Below, piece after piece: positions 12,075-23,236 of a DNA stretch of 64,000 nt. Where the stretch lies: positions 106,218,545-106,282,544 of the forward strand of contig NC_068981.1 of assembly GCF_001194135.2 (NCBI RefSeq), written 5' to 3'. A program made the translations under genes and the position numbers. Positions within the stretch are counted from its first letter, which is position 1. Every line of letters starts with the position of its first letter. Origin of the DNA: Octopus bimaculoides (lineage: Eukaryota). Under the pieces are notes generated by a model. It saw nothing but the letters and a program-made list of their open reading frames with translations. It was not told the DNA's origin and did no database searches.

Positions 12075-14442
12075 CAGTGATACTTTGCAGTATGAATTTA
12101 ATTCGTTCTATGACCGAGCTCGTTTTACAAATCAATTTTCCCCATTGAAATTAATTAAAATATAATTAATCCATTCCAGCTCCTACAAATCCACCCCCAA
12201 ATCATTTTTCATGGGTTTTAAAACACAAAAGGTGCAGCTACAAGGAACGTCACAATTATAATAACATAATAAAAAAGAATGCAAAAGAAATATGTAAACT
12301 GGTTTTATTAATTTAATTATCTTAAAGGTGGAATGGTTTGTGCATGAGGAAGACGATGGAGCAGGGAGGAGGAGGATTATTGCTTGAAAGGAGAATCTCC
12401 TTCCATTAAGAGCTCAGGATGAACAAATTTTGGTGTTTTCTCTCTCCCTTCACTTAATTTAGGCCACACTTTCTTCACTTTTCATGCTTGCAGGTCATTT
12501 CATTAGAAACATATCAAGAGAAGTCTGCTTTTTCCTGCCTTTCAAAATGTTACAAAAATGTGCCAGAGCAGTGTCATTAAATAAAGCAGCTACTTTTTCA
12601 GGATGACTTTTTTCTACAAATTCAGAAATATATTGCCATTTTGCCAACACTGCCTTTATGTCACTCATAGAGATAGCCTTCTCCACTACAATGTCCTCCT
12701 CTGGGGAACCAATCTCTTCCACTGCATCTGAATACTGCTGCTCCTGAAGCTGCAGGAGTTCATCTGTTGTCACTTCCTCTGAGTGTTCCTCGACGAGATC
12801 GTTAATGTCCCCATCATTAATCTTGAGCCCCATGGACTTGCCAAGAGACACTATTTCCTCGACTACAGGTGCCTCAGACTCAAACCCCTTGAAGTCTCTT
12901 TCAGATACACAGTCAGGCCACAGCTTCCACCATGCAGGATTCAGCATTCTCCTCGTTGCACCCTGTCAGGCCATATCGATGATCTTCAGGCAGTTAAGCT
13001 CCCGAAAGGTTAGATTTGTATTTTCTGACTTCGAAGCACCAATGAAACAAGGTTTGGTGTACGATTTCTTAAACTTAGAAATCACCTGTTACTCCATAGG
13101 CTGCAAGATAGGGGTGGTGTTGTGTGAAAGGTACAAAACTTTTATGAATTTAAATTCATCCAAGATATCATCTTTGAGGTTAGGAGGGTGAGCAGGAGCA
13201 TTCTCAAGGATGAGGAGGGCCTTGAGAGGAAAGATCGTTCTCCAGAAGGCACTTTTTCACTGCTGGTCTGAAGACAAGGTTGACCCATTCGGTGAAGAAT
13301 TTGCCTGGTGACCCAGGCCTCCACATGACTTGCAGCTTCTCCTTCAGGATTTTGTGTGACTTGAATGCTCATGGGTTAATCTTCAAGTCTCCACTCACAT
13401 TGGCACAAAGGGTGAAAATTAGCCTATCTTTCATAGGCTTGTGGCCTGGCGTTTTCTTCTCCTCTGCAGTTATGTTGGTTCTTCTGGGCATTTTTTTCCA
13501 AAAAAGCCAGTTTCATCACAGTGCCCCTGGTTGCAATGAGTTGTCAGAATTCATGCACGAAATCCTCAGCTGCCTTTGTGTCAGAACTTGCTGTTTCTCC
13601 TCATCTGACGATGCTATGAACACCAGTCTTCTTGAAATTATCAAACCAGCTGCAACTGACCTTAAATGTGTCTGCTGATGTCTCCTCTGTCGATGTTCCA
13701 GGGTCCTGCTTTAGCACATTTTTGTAACATTTTGAAAGGCAGGAAAAAGCAGATTTCTCTTGATATGTTTCTAATGAAATGACCTGCAAGCATGAAAAGT
13801 GAAGAAAGTGTGGCCTAAATTAAGTGAAGGGAGAGAGAAAACACCAAAATTCAAGGGATTCCCATACACTGCTCGTGCCTCCTCACAGATGATGGTATCC
13901 ATAATCGTACCCCCTGCGAACAATTTTTCCATCTCTTTATAGACAGATTACATTGCTTGGATAGCCTGGAGACACCCTTTGCTGTTGTAATGGCCTTGAT
14001 CCCATCCTTTTTCTTCAGGATGGTGTAGATCGTCGAATTGCTTCGGTTGTATTGATGTGCTTTGTCTATTACACACTCTTCTTTCATATTTATCAATGAT
14101 TTCCTTCTTCAAATCTATTGTAATCAGCTTTTTCTTCTTCTCAGCACTGTCCTTTGCATTAACCTTTTTAGGACTCATGGCTAACACAACTAATTATTAT
14201 AAAATAATAGCAAACAACACAAAATTAAAAAGAAACACTAGGAAAAACACAATAAGGATGCTGCTACAAGGAGATAAACACATGAACTGAGCAATTAGAG
14301 GCTGTGCTTGTTGGGAAAGTGTGTGTGCAAGCTCAGCACCAACTTGCTGTAGTTTGTATGAAACTCGCTCAAACTACCGATTTCCACTTGTACTTAAAAA
14401 CAAAAATTCACATGTGCCTTGTCTTGTACAACAGTGCATTTG
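12075..14442 (-). mobile_element. Tigger/pogo-family DNA transposon with decayed transposase
   Basis: Minus-strand ORF pieces from about 14181 to 12495: HTH start (MSPKKV...ITIDLKKEII), CENP-B-type FKVSCSWFDNFKK, DDE-region remnants, and C-terminal LNPAWWKLWPDCV...KQTSLDMF. Left end TA|CAGTG; right TIR not confidently matched. Confidence 0.85.
13714..13851 (+). repeat. 138-bp near-identical inverted copy of 12426-12563 inserted inside the transposase
   Basis: Direct base-by-base reverse-complement match with about one mismatch. Confidence 0.9.
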
Positions 14443-14473
<31 letters not shown>

Positions 14474-14515
14474 GCACACACATTTTTAGGAAGTCAAAAG
14501 TTATGGCTGGTCATA

Positions 14516-14568
14516 GAGTGACCGTTGGTTTTGCACCTATAAAGCGGTATAGGTAATTCGTCAGACTC
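14516..14568 (-). ncRNA. Type I hammerhead ribozyme motif, one core substitution (G12 to A)
   Basis: Reverse complement GAGT-CTGACGA-attACCTATAccgcttTATAGGTgc-AAAA-CCaacGG-TC-ACTC: stem I GAGT/ACTC, GUC cleavage triplet. Confidence 0.65.
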
Positions 14569-14690
14569 AAATGGCTGAAGGTATGTAACCACTCTATAAC
14601 AAGAGGAAGAAAAAACGTAAAGACCAAACCAAGTGACTGTTGCATTTTTCTTCCTCTAGTTGTAGAGAGGTTATGCACCTTCAACCATTT

Positions 14691-14750
14691 GAGTCTGACC
14701 AGTTGCCTATACTGCTAAGTGCTTTATAGGTGCAAAGCCATTGGTCACTA
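14691..14750 (+). ncRNA. Decayed type I hammerhead ribozyme motif
   Basis: GAGT-CTGACCA-gttgCCTATA...TATAGGtgc-AAAG-CCAtTGG-TC-ACT; G8, G12 and A15.1 altered. Confidence 0.5.
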
Positions 14751-14776
14751 TGACTGGCCATAACTTTTGTCTTCCA

Positions 14777-14823
<47 letters not shown>

Positions 14824-15191
14824 GAGAGAGAGAGATTGATTGATAGATAGGTAATATGTGTGTGTATATATATATATATATATAGATGATGATGATGATA
14901 TATATGTGTGTGTGTAAACATATATATATATATATACGTAGATATCAAACAGTGAGAATGAGTGCTCAACACTGCATTGGTGGATGAAATTCCTTTATTT
15001 GCGCATTAAGGCTACCATTGGTTTCATGTTAAGAAAATATCTTAATATCTTTACAATTTTTCAAGCTGATCACATAGAGGACTGGTGTTTGTCTCCATTT
15101 TGGATAAAACACAAAAATTCATAGGAATTCCCAATAAAGTCTCATTAAAAAAAACAACAATAAGAAATGAAGGGGTGCTACACTTGGATAG

Positions 15192-15343
15192 GTATAGGTA
15201 ATTCGTCAGACTCAAATGGCTGAAGGTATGTAACCACTCTATAACAAGAGGAAGAAAAAACGTAAAGACCAAACCAAGTGACTGTTGCATTTTTCTTCCT
15301 CTAGTTGTAGAGAGGTTATGCACCTTCAACCAGTTGCCTATAC
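15192..15343. repeat. Local duplicate of the palindrome core
   Basis: Apparently identical to about 14547-14712 except for a 14-nt deletion. Confidence 0.85.
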
Positions 15344-15759
15344 TTTTGCGTGATTATCCCCCTTTGGTTAGACTTTTGGGGTAAAAACTGTGTTGAATGA
15401 TGAATTTGTTTGTATTATATTATATTCTGGGTATGTGTAATGTTTTATATGTTTGTGTGTTAAGGGAGTTCATCATGAGAGCTTGTATCTTTTAGGTGTG
15501 AAATTTGTATGGTGTATAGATTCAATGTTCATGCTCAGGGAAAAAATCCCTTCATATATAATTTCATATACATATATATTTATATGAATGTGTATACTGA
15601 CTTGCTCATGTGCATGTTTGTGTGAGTGTTAGGATATGTCAGTATATGCATTGATATATGTGTGAGGGTCTGTATATGATACATGCATAGATATGCTAAT
15701 CTCAACCCTGGTTTGGTGTCATTATTAAAATACCTTGATTCAAATGAATCCTACAAATG

Positions 15760-15794
<35 letters not shown>

Positions 15795-15798
<4 letters not shown>

Positions 15799-17269
15799 AT
15801 GAGTACAGTGAAGAATTCCAGGTAGAGGTAGGGGTGCACCAAAGTTTAGTCCTCAGCTTCCGCCTATTTACCATAGTCCTCCAGGCAATAACATGGGAAT
15901 TCAAGACAGGTTACCCCTGGGAGGTCCTCTATGCTGATGACCTTGCCCTAATTGATGAGTCACTATCAGAACTAAAGGAGAAGTTTCAGGTGTGGAAGCA
16001 AGGATTAGAATCGAAGGGCTTTAGAGTCAACCTAGCTAAAACCAAAGTAGGAAGGTAGACAAATCACAAACCCCTTCAGGAAGATGGCCCGGCTCGATCT
16101 GTAGAAAAGGCATAGGTAAAAACTCTGTAAGATGTACCCAGTGTAAGCTATGGACACATAAGAGGTGCAGCAATATCAAAGGGAGGCTAACTAGGAAGAT
16201 AGTTTTTGTATGTGGCAGATGCTCAGGAGAAATAAACATTGAAAATGTGCAGAGAACAAGTTCTGCCACATTCCAGGGAGAAAAAACTAGAAGTAGTTGA
16301 TAGCTTCTGTTACCTAGGTGACCAAGTCAGTAGTGGGGGAGGGTGCACTGAAAGTGTAGCTGCTAGAATAAGAATAACCTGGGCAAAGTTCAGAGAGCTC
16401 TTATCTCTGCTGGTAACGAAGGGCCACTTGCTCAGAGTAAAAGGTAGACTGCATGATGCATGCGTACAAACAGCCATACTACATGGCAGTGAAACATGGG
16501 CATTGACTGCTTAGGACATGCATAAGCTCGTAAGGAATGAAGCCAGTATGCTCTGATGGAGGTGTAATGTCAGTGTGCATACTCGGCAGAGTGTAAGTAC
16601 CTTGAGAGAAAAGTTGGACCTAAGAAGCATCAGATGTGGTGTGCAAGAAAGATGATTGTGCTGTTATGGTCATGCAGCGAGAATGGATGAGGATAGCTGT
16701 GTGAAAAAGTGCCACAGCCTAGTGGTTGATGGTACCTGTGGAAGAGGTAGTCCCAGGAAGACCTGGGATGAGGTGGTGAAGCACAACTTTCGAACATTAG
16801 GCCTCACCGAGGCAATGACTTCTGACCGAGACCTTTGGAAATATGCTGTGCATGAGAAGACCCTGCAAGACAAGTGAGACCATAACCTGTGGCCTTTACC
16901 AGGTTTGTAGCCAGCCCACTTATGCGTACCTTTCCTTCTTTGGACACAAAACTCTGCTTGCGAAGACCTTTTGAGGCAAGTGAAATCAAAATCGAAATTG
17001 AACCAAATTCGATGACTGGCACCCATGCCAACCTTCCTACATTGGACACTAAACTCAACTTGCAAAGACTTGTTGGGGCAAGTGAGATCAAAACTGAACC
17101 AAATTCGATGACTGGCGCCTGTGCCAGTGGAGTGCTAACAGCACCATCCGAGTGTGATCACTGCCAGAGCAGTGGTCTCGCTTCCATGCTGGTGGCACGT
17201 AAAAAGCACCATTTGAGCGTGATCGTTTCCAGCTTCGCCTTACTGGCACTTGTGCCGGTGGCATGTGAA
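15795..17269 (+). mobile_element. 5'-truncated RTE LINE: RT C-half, Cys-rich insert, ORF end and repetitive 3' UTR
   Basis: GVHQ..LS..LF, LYADDL, VNLAKTKV, FCYLGD, LHGSETW, YGHAARM, GSPRKTW...EKTLQDK* (stop at 16877). The UTR has duplicated ~105-bp units. Confidence 0.92.
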
Positions 17270-17514
17270 CAATGAAATTCCAACATAGTCTGATTTTCAC
17301 ATTTTATTATTTGAAATTTTTACAATTTTACATTATTATAATAATAGAATATTATATATTTATTGTGATAAAACTAGTACTTTCATGCATTATGCAATCA
17401 TCAGGTTTATGTAGTAGTAGTGACAGTCATGTTCCACAATTATTATAATATTGTAAAACTGTAAAAATTGTAAATAATAAAACGTGAAAATCAGACTATG
17501 TCAGAATTTCATTG
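17270..17514. repeat. 245-bp inverted-repeat element (arms about 75 bp) enclosing a hammerhead
   Basis: caatgaaattc..acatagtctgattttcac / gtgaaaatcagactatg...gaatttcattg arms. Confidence 0.88.
17368..17410 (-). ncRNA. Minimal type I hammerhead ribozyme with intact catalytic core
   Basis: Reverse complement ATAAAC-CTGATGA-tTGCAtaaTGCAt-GAAA-GTAC-TA-GTTTTAT: CUGAUGA and GAAA intact, palindromic stem III AGTACT, CUA triplet, stem I AAAC/GTTT. Confidence 0.75.
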
Positions 17515-17586
17515 ATTAATATATTCTTCTATACACAATCATACAAACATATATAAATGTATACAGATCTCTGTGTGTGTGCAATA

Positions 17587-17627
<41 letters not shown>

Positions 17628-18342
17628 ATATCAAAGAATCGATTTTGCCTTACATTCGAAAATAGGAAAGTAAGCAGATAGCCCATGTTATACAGAAAGG
17701 AGACAGCTTTCTGTAAATCAGCCACAAAACACCATTTGTACACAACTACTCAATCAAAACAAATCTGGGTATGAATGATTGCAATTTCAAGAAAAACTGT
17801 CTCAATTACACTCCATAGGTTTTGTACATTTATATTAACAGATTCGAGAGTTTGGGCAGTCAATAACTGTCGGATATCTTCTCAAAGAGAAATGAATAGA
17901 TATTGAATAAGAGAATATCGAATTATGGCACTAAATTATCTCCTATATTTTGCTTACTGATCTATTCTTCAGATAATACAGTTAATTGCAGAACTTTCTC
18001 ATCACTAAATTACTCTCTTGTTAGCTATATCTATGTTGTTATCATCTCTTGAGTTGCTGTGCCAATGACTCTATGATATTATAATACATTTTCCAATTTG
18101 AGGAGTTTTCTTTGGGAAGTATTTACATAGACTAACACATAAATATTTGTCTATATTATGAGTGTATGTATTTTCTTTTCTTTTCTTTCTTTATTGTACA
18201 GTTAAAAAGTGTCTTTTATGTGAGAGCATTTTATATATATATGATACAAAATAATGAGTGTGCATGTATACACAGGATATATTCTATAAACATCTTGAGT
18301 TATTAGGCATTCTTTTTGTAGCCTCTTGACTGAAGATCATAG

Positions 18343-19607
18343 TACGAAGGTCAGCTGCAAAGTTCACTGGCTGACTAAGATACTCTCATGGAATGTGACC
18401 AAATGTGTTTTTTTTCTCAACATAGTCCCCTTTGTAACCTCCACACTTCTTCTATCAGTGTTGCAGTGCTTGGATCCCATTAGTGAAGTCACATTCATCC
18501 TGTTGGTCAAAACAGTCATCGAAAATAGATGTCATCATCACTGTGATGCTGGTATCCAGCCAAGTGTTGTTTCATGCTGGGGAACAGATGATAGTCAGAT
18601 GAGGCCAAATCAGGAGAATAAGGAAAGTGATCAACCAGTTCAAAGCTACAGTGACACAGTAGCCACTGAAACTAAGAGCTTGTGTGCTAGAGCATTGTCC
18701 TTATAAAATAAGACCCCTTTCATCAGTTTTCCTAGGCACTTGGTCTTGATAGCCTTTCATAACTGCCTCAGTAAGTGGCATAGTATGCTCCATTGATGGT
18801 TTAGAACTTTTCAAGATAGTTAATAAACACAATGCCTTTTGCACTCCAAAAGACTGAGGCCATCACCTTCCCTGTAAATGAACTGATCTTGGCCTTCTTT
18901 GGAGCAGGTGAGGTGAGGTGTTTCCACTGTGTGGATTGTCTCTTTGTTTCTGTCTCATAGTGATGAACACAACACTTATCCTGGGTTACGAATTGTTCAA
19001 GGAAGCCAGTTGGATCTGCCTTGAAACACTGTTAGATTTTCCTCTGATGTCATCAGCTTGGTGTGCTTTTTATCAGGTGTCAGAAGATGTGGTACCCACT
19101 GAGTAGAAACCTTTATCATACAAGTTCAATGAGCAGAATATTTTCAACGCAAGGATATGCTAATAGCACCAGCCATTTGATTTATAGTCAATCATCTATT
19201 ATCCATCACCATGTGGTGAACATAGTCAATGTTTTCCTCGGTAGTGGAAGTTGTAGGACATCCAGATGTTGGGTCAACTTCAGGACTCTTCCTTCCTCTT
19301 AGAAATTCAGCTGCCCACTTTTGCATTGCTGATAAAGCTGGAGCATCATCACCTAATGTAGTAATCATGTCTGAATGTCCCTTTCTCTGCAGGTACTTGA
19401 TAACACCATGAGGCCAAATTTTGTTCATTTTCAAGGGAAGTTGCAGCTAGTTACTATTGAAGTCTTCTTTGAACAGTCAGATGTCAGTTTACCTGAAAAG
19501 AAACAATACAGTTATTAATAAGTGTTGAAATTAATGCATGCAAGATTTCATAGCTCTAGCATCACCCCTTCATAGTCAACCTATGAACTTTTCAACCCAT
19601 CCATGGA
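18343..19607 (-). mobile_element. Mariner DNA transposon (decayed, about 1.26 kb)
   Basis: ORF 19192-19434 (GVIKYLQRKG...QKWAAEFLRGR...TTEENIDYVH) is a mariner N-terminus; downstream CFWSAKGI and DNALAH-like remnants. Imperfect ~30-bp TIRs (tacgaaggtcagctgcaaagttca / tgaacttttcaacccatcc). Confidence 0.85.
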
Positions 19608-19789
19608 GGTTCTCTGTTAGCTTCAATAATGAGCAATCTGTTGTTTGAATATATTAACCTTTAACATGACTCTCAGACTAAATCATTATGTTATGTTATG
19701 ATAAGGCTGGATCTTTGATTTACAGGTGCAATCTAGAAAGGGGAGGGAGAGAGGAATTGATTTGATACTGGTCTAATACCTAATTTATT

Positions 19790-19900
19790 GAATTAAAGTT
19801 AACCTTGGCAGGATTTGAACTACAATGCATAGAGATGGAATGAATACTACAAGATATTTTATCAGATGCGATAACAGTTCTGTTAGTTTGCCAAATTTCT
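19790..19900 (-). mobile_element. Old SINE family D/A fragment
   Basis: aaagttaaccttggcaggatttgaact resembles the SINE core. Confidence 0.5.
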
Positions 19901-20686
19901 GAAATCATAATAATTTCAGCACCTTCTGATAGTATTGCTCTCTCTTTCTCTCGAGCCATGCCAAGCAACATTGATTAACCAGAGAATCTCCAGTTTTTTC
20001 ATCTCTATCAAAATATGATGTTTTCTGCTTACATCTATTCATTATATACAATGTTACCAGTGCAAACCATAGGGGCAAATGTAACCGTACAAACCAAGCA
20101 GTTAATTGTTTTTTGTATTTTCTTTTATATCAGTTTCATTTTAAATCTCACAAAGGATAATTCCTTCTTTGCTTTTGGATAACCAGAGAAATGTTCTTTG
20201 TTCTTATCTTCTCTATTTCTTGTTATGCTGCCTTTAATTCTAAAACCAGTAAGGTGAAACAAGGATGTAGCTATAATTTTATGGAATTGAACTCTACTGA
20301 AAATATTGTGCCTCTCTCCAATGCAGGAATCAAGATCTAGGGGCTCTTGGGCTGCATGCAACCCTTTGTTTTTTAGTATGACATATATTTCAAAAGCAAT
20401 ATGAAGTTAACTTTTTGCATAATCTTTAGGAATCTCTCTGTTAAGTCAAACATTTTATTTTTTTCTGTCATTCACTTATGCTTTGACTTGAACAAGTTTT
20501 CATAATTTACTTAATGTTTATTNNNNNNNNNNNNNNNNNNNNNNNNNNNNNNNNNNNNNNNNNNNNNNNNNNNNNNNNNNNNNNNNNNNNNNNNNNNNNN
20601 NNNNNNNNNNNNNNNNNNNNNNNNNNNNNNNNNNNNNNNNNNNNNNNNNNNNNNNNNNNNNNNNNNNNNNNNNNNNNNNNNNNNNN

Positions 20687-20753
<67 letters not shown>

Positions 20754-20754
20754 C

Positions 20755-21290
20755 ACATGCATATATGGGTACATGAGGCCATCAACAGCAAACAACATGA
20801 AACATGAAAACAAATGAGTCAAATATGCAAACAACAAGAGAAAAAATGGAAAAAGGACAAGTAACACAAAGAACGACCCTTCATCAGTTGTTGGCTGTCT
20901 ATCTACTCATTTTGAGCACTGAACGATAATATGAGTCTTTGAAGAAAGTTGGTCCCGTAAATACCAAAATAAAATTTTAGATGTATGGAGGGTCAAAGTT
21001 GGGAACAAAAACAGGACAGTGGAGACATACAAGGAAACCAAATGAAAACAAACATGGAGGGTCTTTAGACCAGAATGAAGGTAAAATAGCAAACACTGGA
21101 GAAATATTTTCTTTGAAAAGAGAGAAGATAGATGACATCCAGTCATTAGGACGTCGTGCAGGAAAAGAAAGATTGTCATGTGAGGAAAAGAAACATGGAC
21201 AATGGTCATGTGTGAGCAATGGGAGAGAGAAAAAGAGAGAGACATAGAAAACGGTGAAGGGGAGAAAAAGGTGGCATGCTGTACCCGTAT
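20755..21290. repeat. Interspersed repeat, second copy at 36835-37480
   Basis: About 450 bp alignable (gacaagtaacacaaagaacg...caggacagtggagacata...gaccagaa); possibly PLE-derived, not proven. Confidence 0.75.
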
Positions 21291-21291
21291 A

Positions 21292-21344
<53 letters not shown>

Positions 21345-21350
<6 letters not shown>

Positions 21351-21490
21351 TTCAAATGTACAGAAAACAAAAGACAGACACAAGGGAAGGAAGAACAAGC
21401 AAGTGTATTAGTTTGATAATTGGGAAAAATGGAACAGTCTTTGACGTTTTGTGCATATACCTTTTGACAGAAAGGGATGAGAAGAAAAAA
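21345..21490 (-). repeat. PLE-terminal-like repeat with decayed hammerhead (21439-21474)
   Basis: Same family as 37520-37690; reverse complement CTTT-CTGTCAA...AAAA-CG-TC-AAAG. Confidence 0.5.
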
Positions 21491-21689
21491 AATGGAGAGA
21501 GAGAGAAAGAGAGGGAGGGAGAGAGACAGGAAAGAGAAAGAGAAAGATAGAAATGGAGAAAGAAAAATGTGTCAAGATTAATGGTTCTATATGCTATACA
21601 CAAAAATAATAAATTTGTATTCTATAAAAGTATAGAGAACCCATCAGATTAATGTAAAATTGCTTTTATTATAACTGAGCATAAAAACA

Positions 21690-21734
<45 letters not shown>

Positions 21735-21735
<1 letters not shown>

Positions 21736-22159
21736 CAAGTAAAGTTAATCGCCACCTCAGTATGGCAGTTTGATGTTACTATTGTTTTAACCTAAGGCAG
21801 ATCTTCCACCAGCTGGTTATAGGTGCAGCCTGCACCCTGTATATATTGCAAGCAGGGGAGTAAACCCTCACCATCCTCCAGCAGACAACAGGATTGCGAG
21901 ACTAACTTACTTTTAGGCTATTTCTTGTCATCACTTTAGCAGTTGGGGGTTCACAACTGAGGATGAGCAGAAACAGCCTGAAACCAAGTTGGTCTCGCAA
22001 TCTCATCATCTGCTGGGGGATGGTAGGGGTTTGTTCCCCTGCATACAATATATACAGGGCACAGGCTGCAATTATAGACAGCTATTGGAAGACCTGCCTA
22101 AGGTTAAAACAGTAGTAACATTGAATAACCATATTAATGTGGCGATTAACTTTACTTGT
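21735..22159. repeat. 425-bp near-complete palindrome with an 8-nt centre
   Basis: acaagtaaagttaatcgccac ... gtggcgattaactttacttgt; arms alignable to cagttg/caactg at 21940-21959. Confidence 0.9.
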
Positions 22160-22221
22160 CAGTATAGTTACTACTCTAATCTCTTATTGAAATTTTCTGA
22201 CTACTTTGCTTATATATGTAT

Positions 22222-22378
22222 GCATGCACACACATACATACACACACATACACACACATACACACATGCATGTGCACACACATGCACGTGCACACACATG
22301 CACGTGCACACATGCACGTGCACACACACACACACATGCATGCACACACGCACGTGCACGCACACATGCACACACACA
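22222..22378. repeat. Compound (CA)/(CACG)/(CATG) microsatellite
   Basis: Direct inspection. Confidence 0.9.
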
Positions 22379-22639
22379 ATTTGGGTATAAACCTTGTAGT
22401 TTGCATTACAAAGCTTGTCTACAGGAATTGGCTAACAAATGCTATTATACAGTGAGATTGATCATATTGCTAGTTATACATCTGGAATTCTGTAATATCC
22501 ATAGTTTACACAAAAAATGAAAAATAGAAAACTGATTGAGCAACATGCTTTATTGCATCACACTATGATTGTTTCAACATCAACTCACCAGTAGAAACAT
22601 TGCTAAAGCATTATATAAAATATAAATTAAAACATCATT

Positions 22640-22960
22640 CATTATTATTATTATTATTATTATTATTGCCTTTACACAGCTTCTAACACTGGAGATCTAC
22701 TACAGTGTCAGCTATTCACTACCAGCTGACACCTTCGGGAGTATTTGAGCAGTTCCAAGCAGTACTGTTTTCTGCAAGTGCTCCACCCTTATTGCAGCCC
22801 CTATTTGTTCCATGTATTTCTTGAGATTTTTGCTCACTGTTCCCAGAACTCTGACAATATTATACTACTGATACCTTTTTCATCGACCACAACTGTTTAA
22901 CTTTCCAAGCTAACTTGTCATATCTCTCAACTTTTCTTTCTTCCTTATCACATACATTGT
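22640..22960 (-). mobile_element. R4/Dong-like LINE 3' fragment ending in (TAA)n
   Basis: Translation EKVERYDKLAWKVKQLWSMKKV...LGTVSKNLKKYMEQI...LQKTVLLGTAQIL; abuts (att)n at 22640-22667. Confidence 0.75.
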
Positions 22961-22967
22961 TGTCAGC

Positions 22968-23075
22968 GGGGGTCGATAAATTAAGTACCAGTTGCGTACT
23001 GGGTTGATCTAATTGACTGGCCCTCTTTCACAAAAAATTTCAGGACTTGTGCCTATAGCAGAAAAGTATATTGCG
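22968..23075 (+). mobile_element. SINE family D 3' fragment
   Basis: ggggtcgataaattaagtaccagttgcgtactggg...cttgtgcctatagcagaaa. Confidence 0.7.
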
Positions 23076-23236
23076 ACAGTTACAGAATATAGAAAGAAGT
23101 GTAAAACCGATAACTATATAATCCATCCAAAATATCTCAGTTACACAAATATAAACAGAATTACTATTTCGCCTTAAAATAACATCGTACATTGAGAACC
23201 CTCTTGGTTTAGTGGTACAGAATGTTTTCTGCATAT

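Larger units (their letters stand above)
14489..14775. repeat. 287-bp palindrome (arms about 125 bp) with a hammerhead-like motif in each arm
   Basis: ggaagtcaaaagttatggc...tttttcttcctct arms are reverse complements; mismatches are mostly transitions. Confidence 0.9.

Noticed and set aside
17842-17910. AG|IREFWAVNNCRISSQREMNRY* as a possible terminal exon
   Set aside because: 21 codons is within chance expectation; no recognisable homology.
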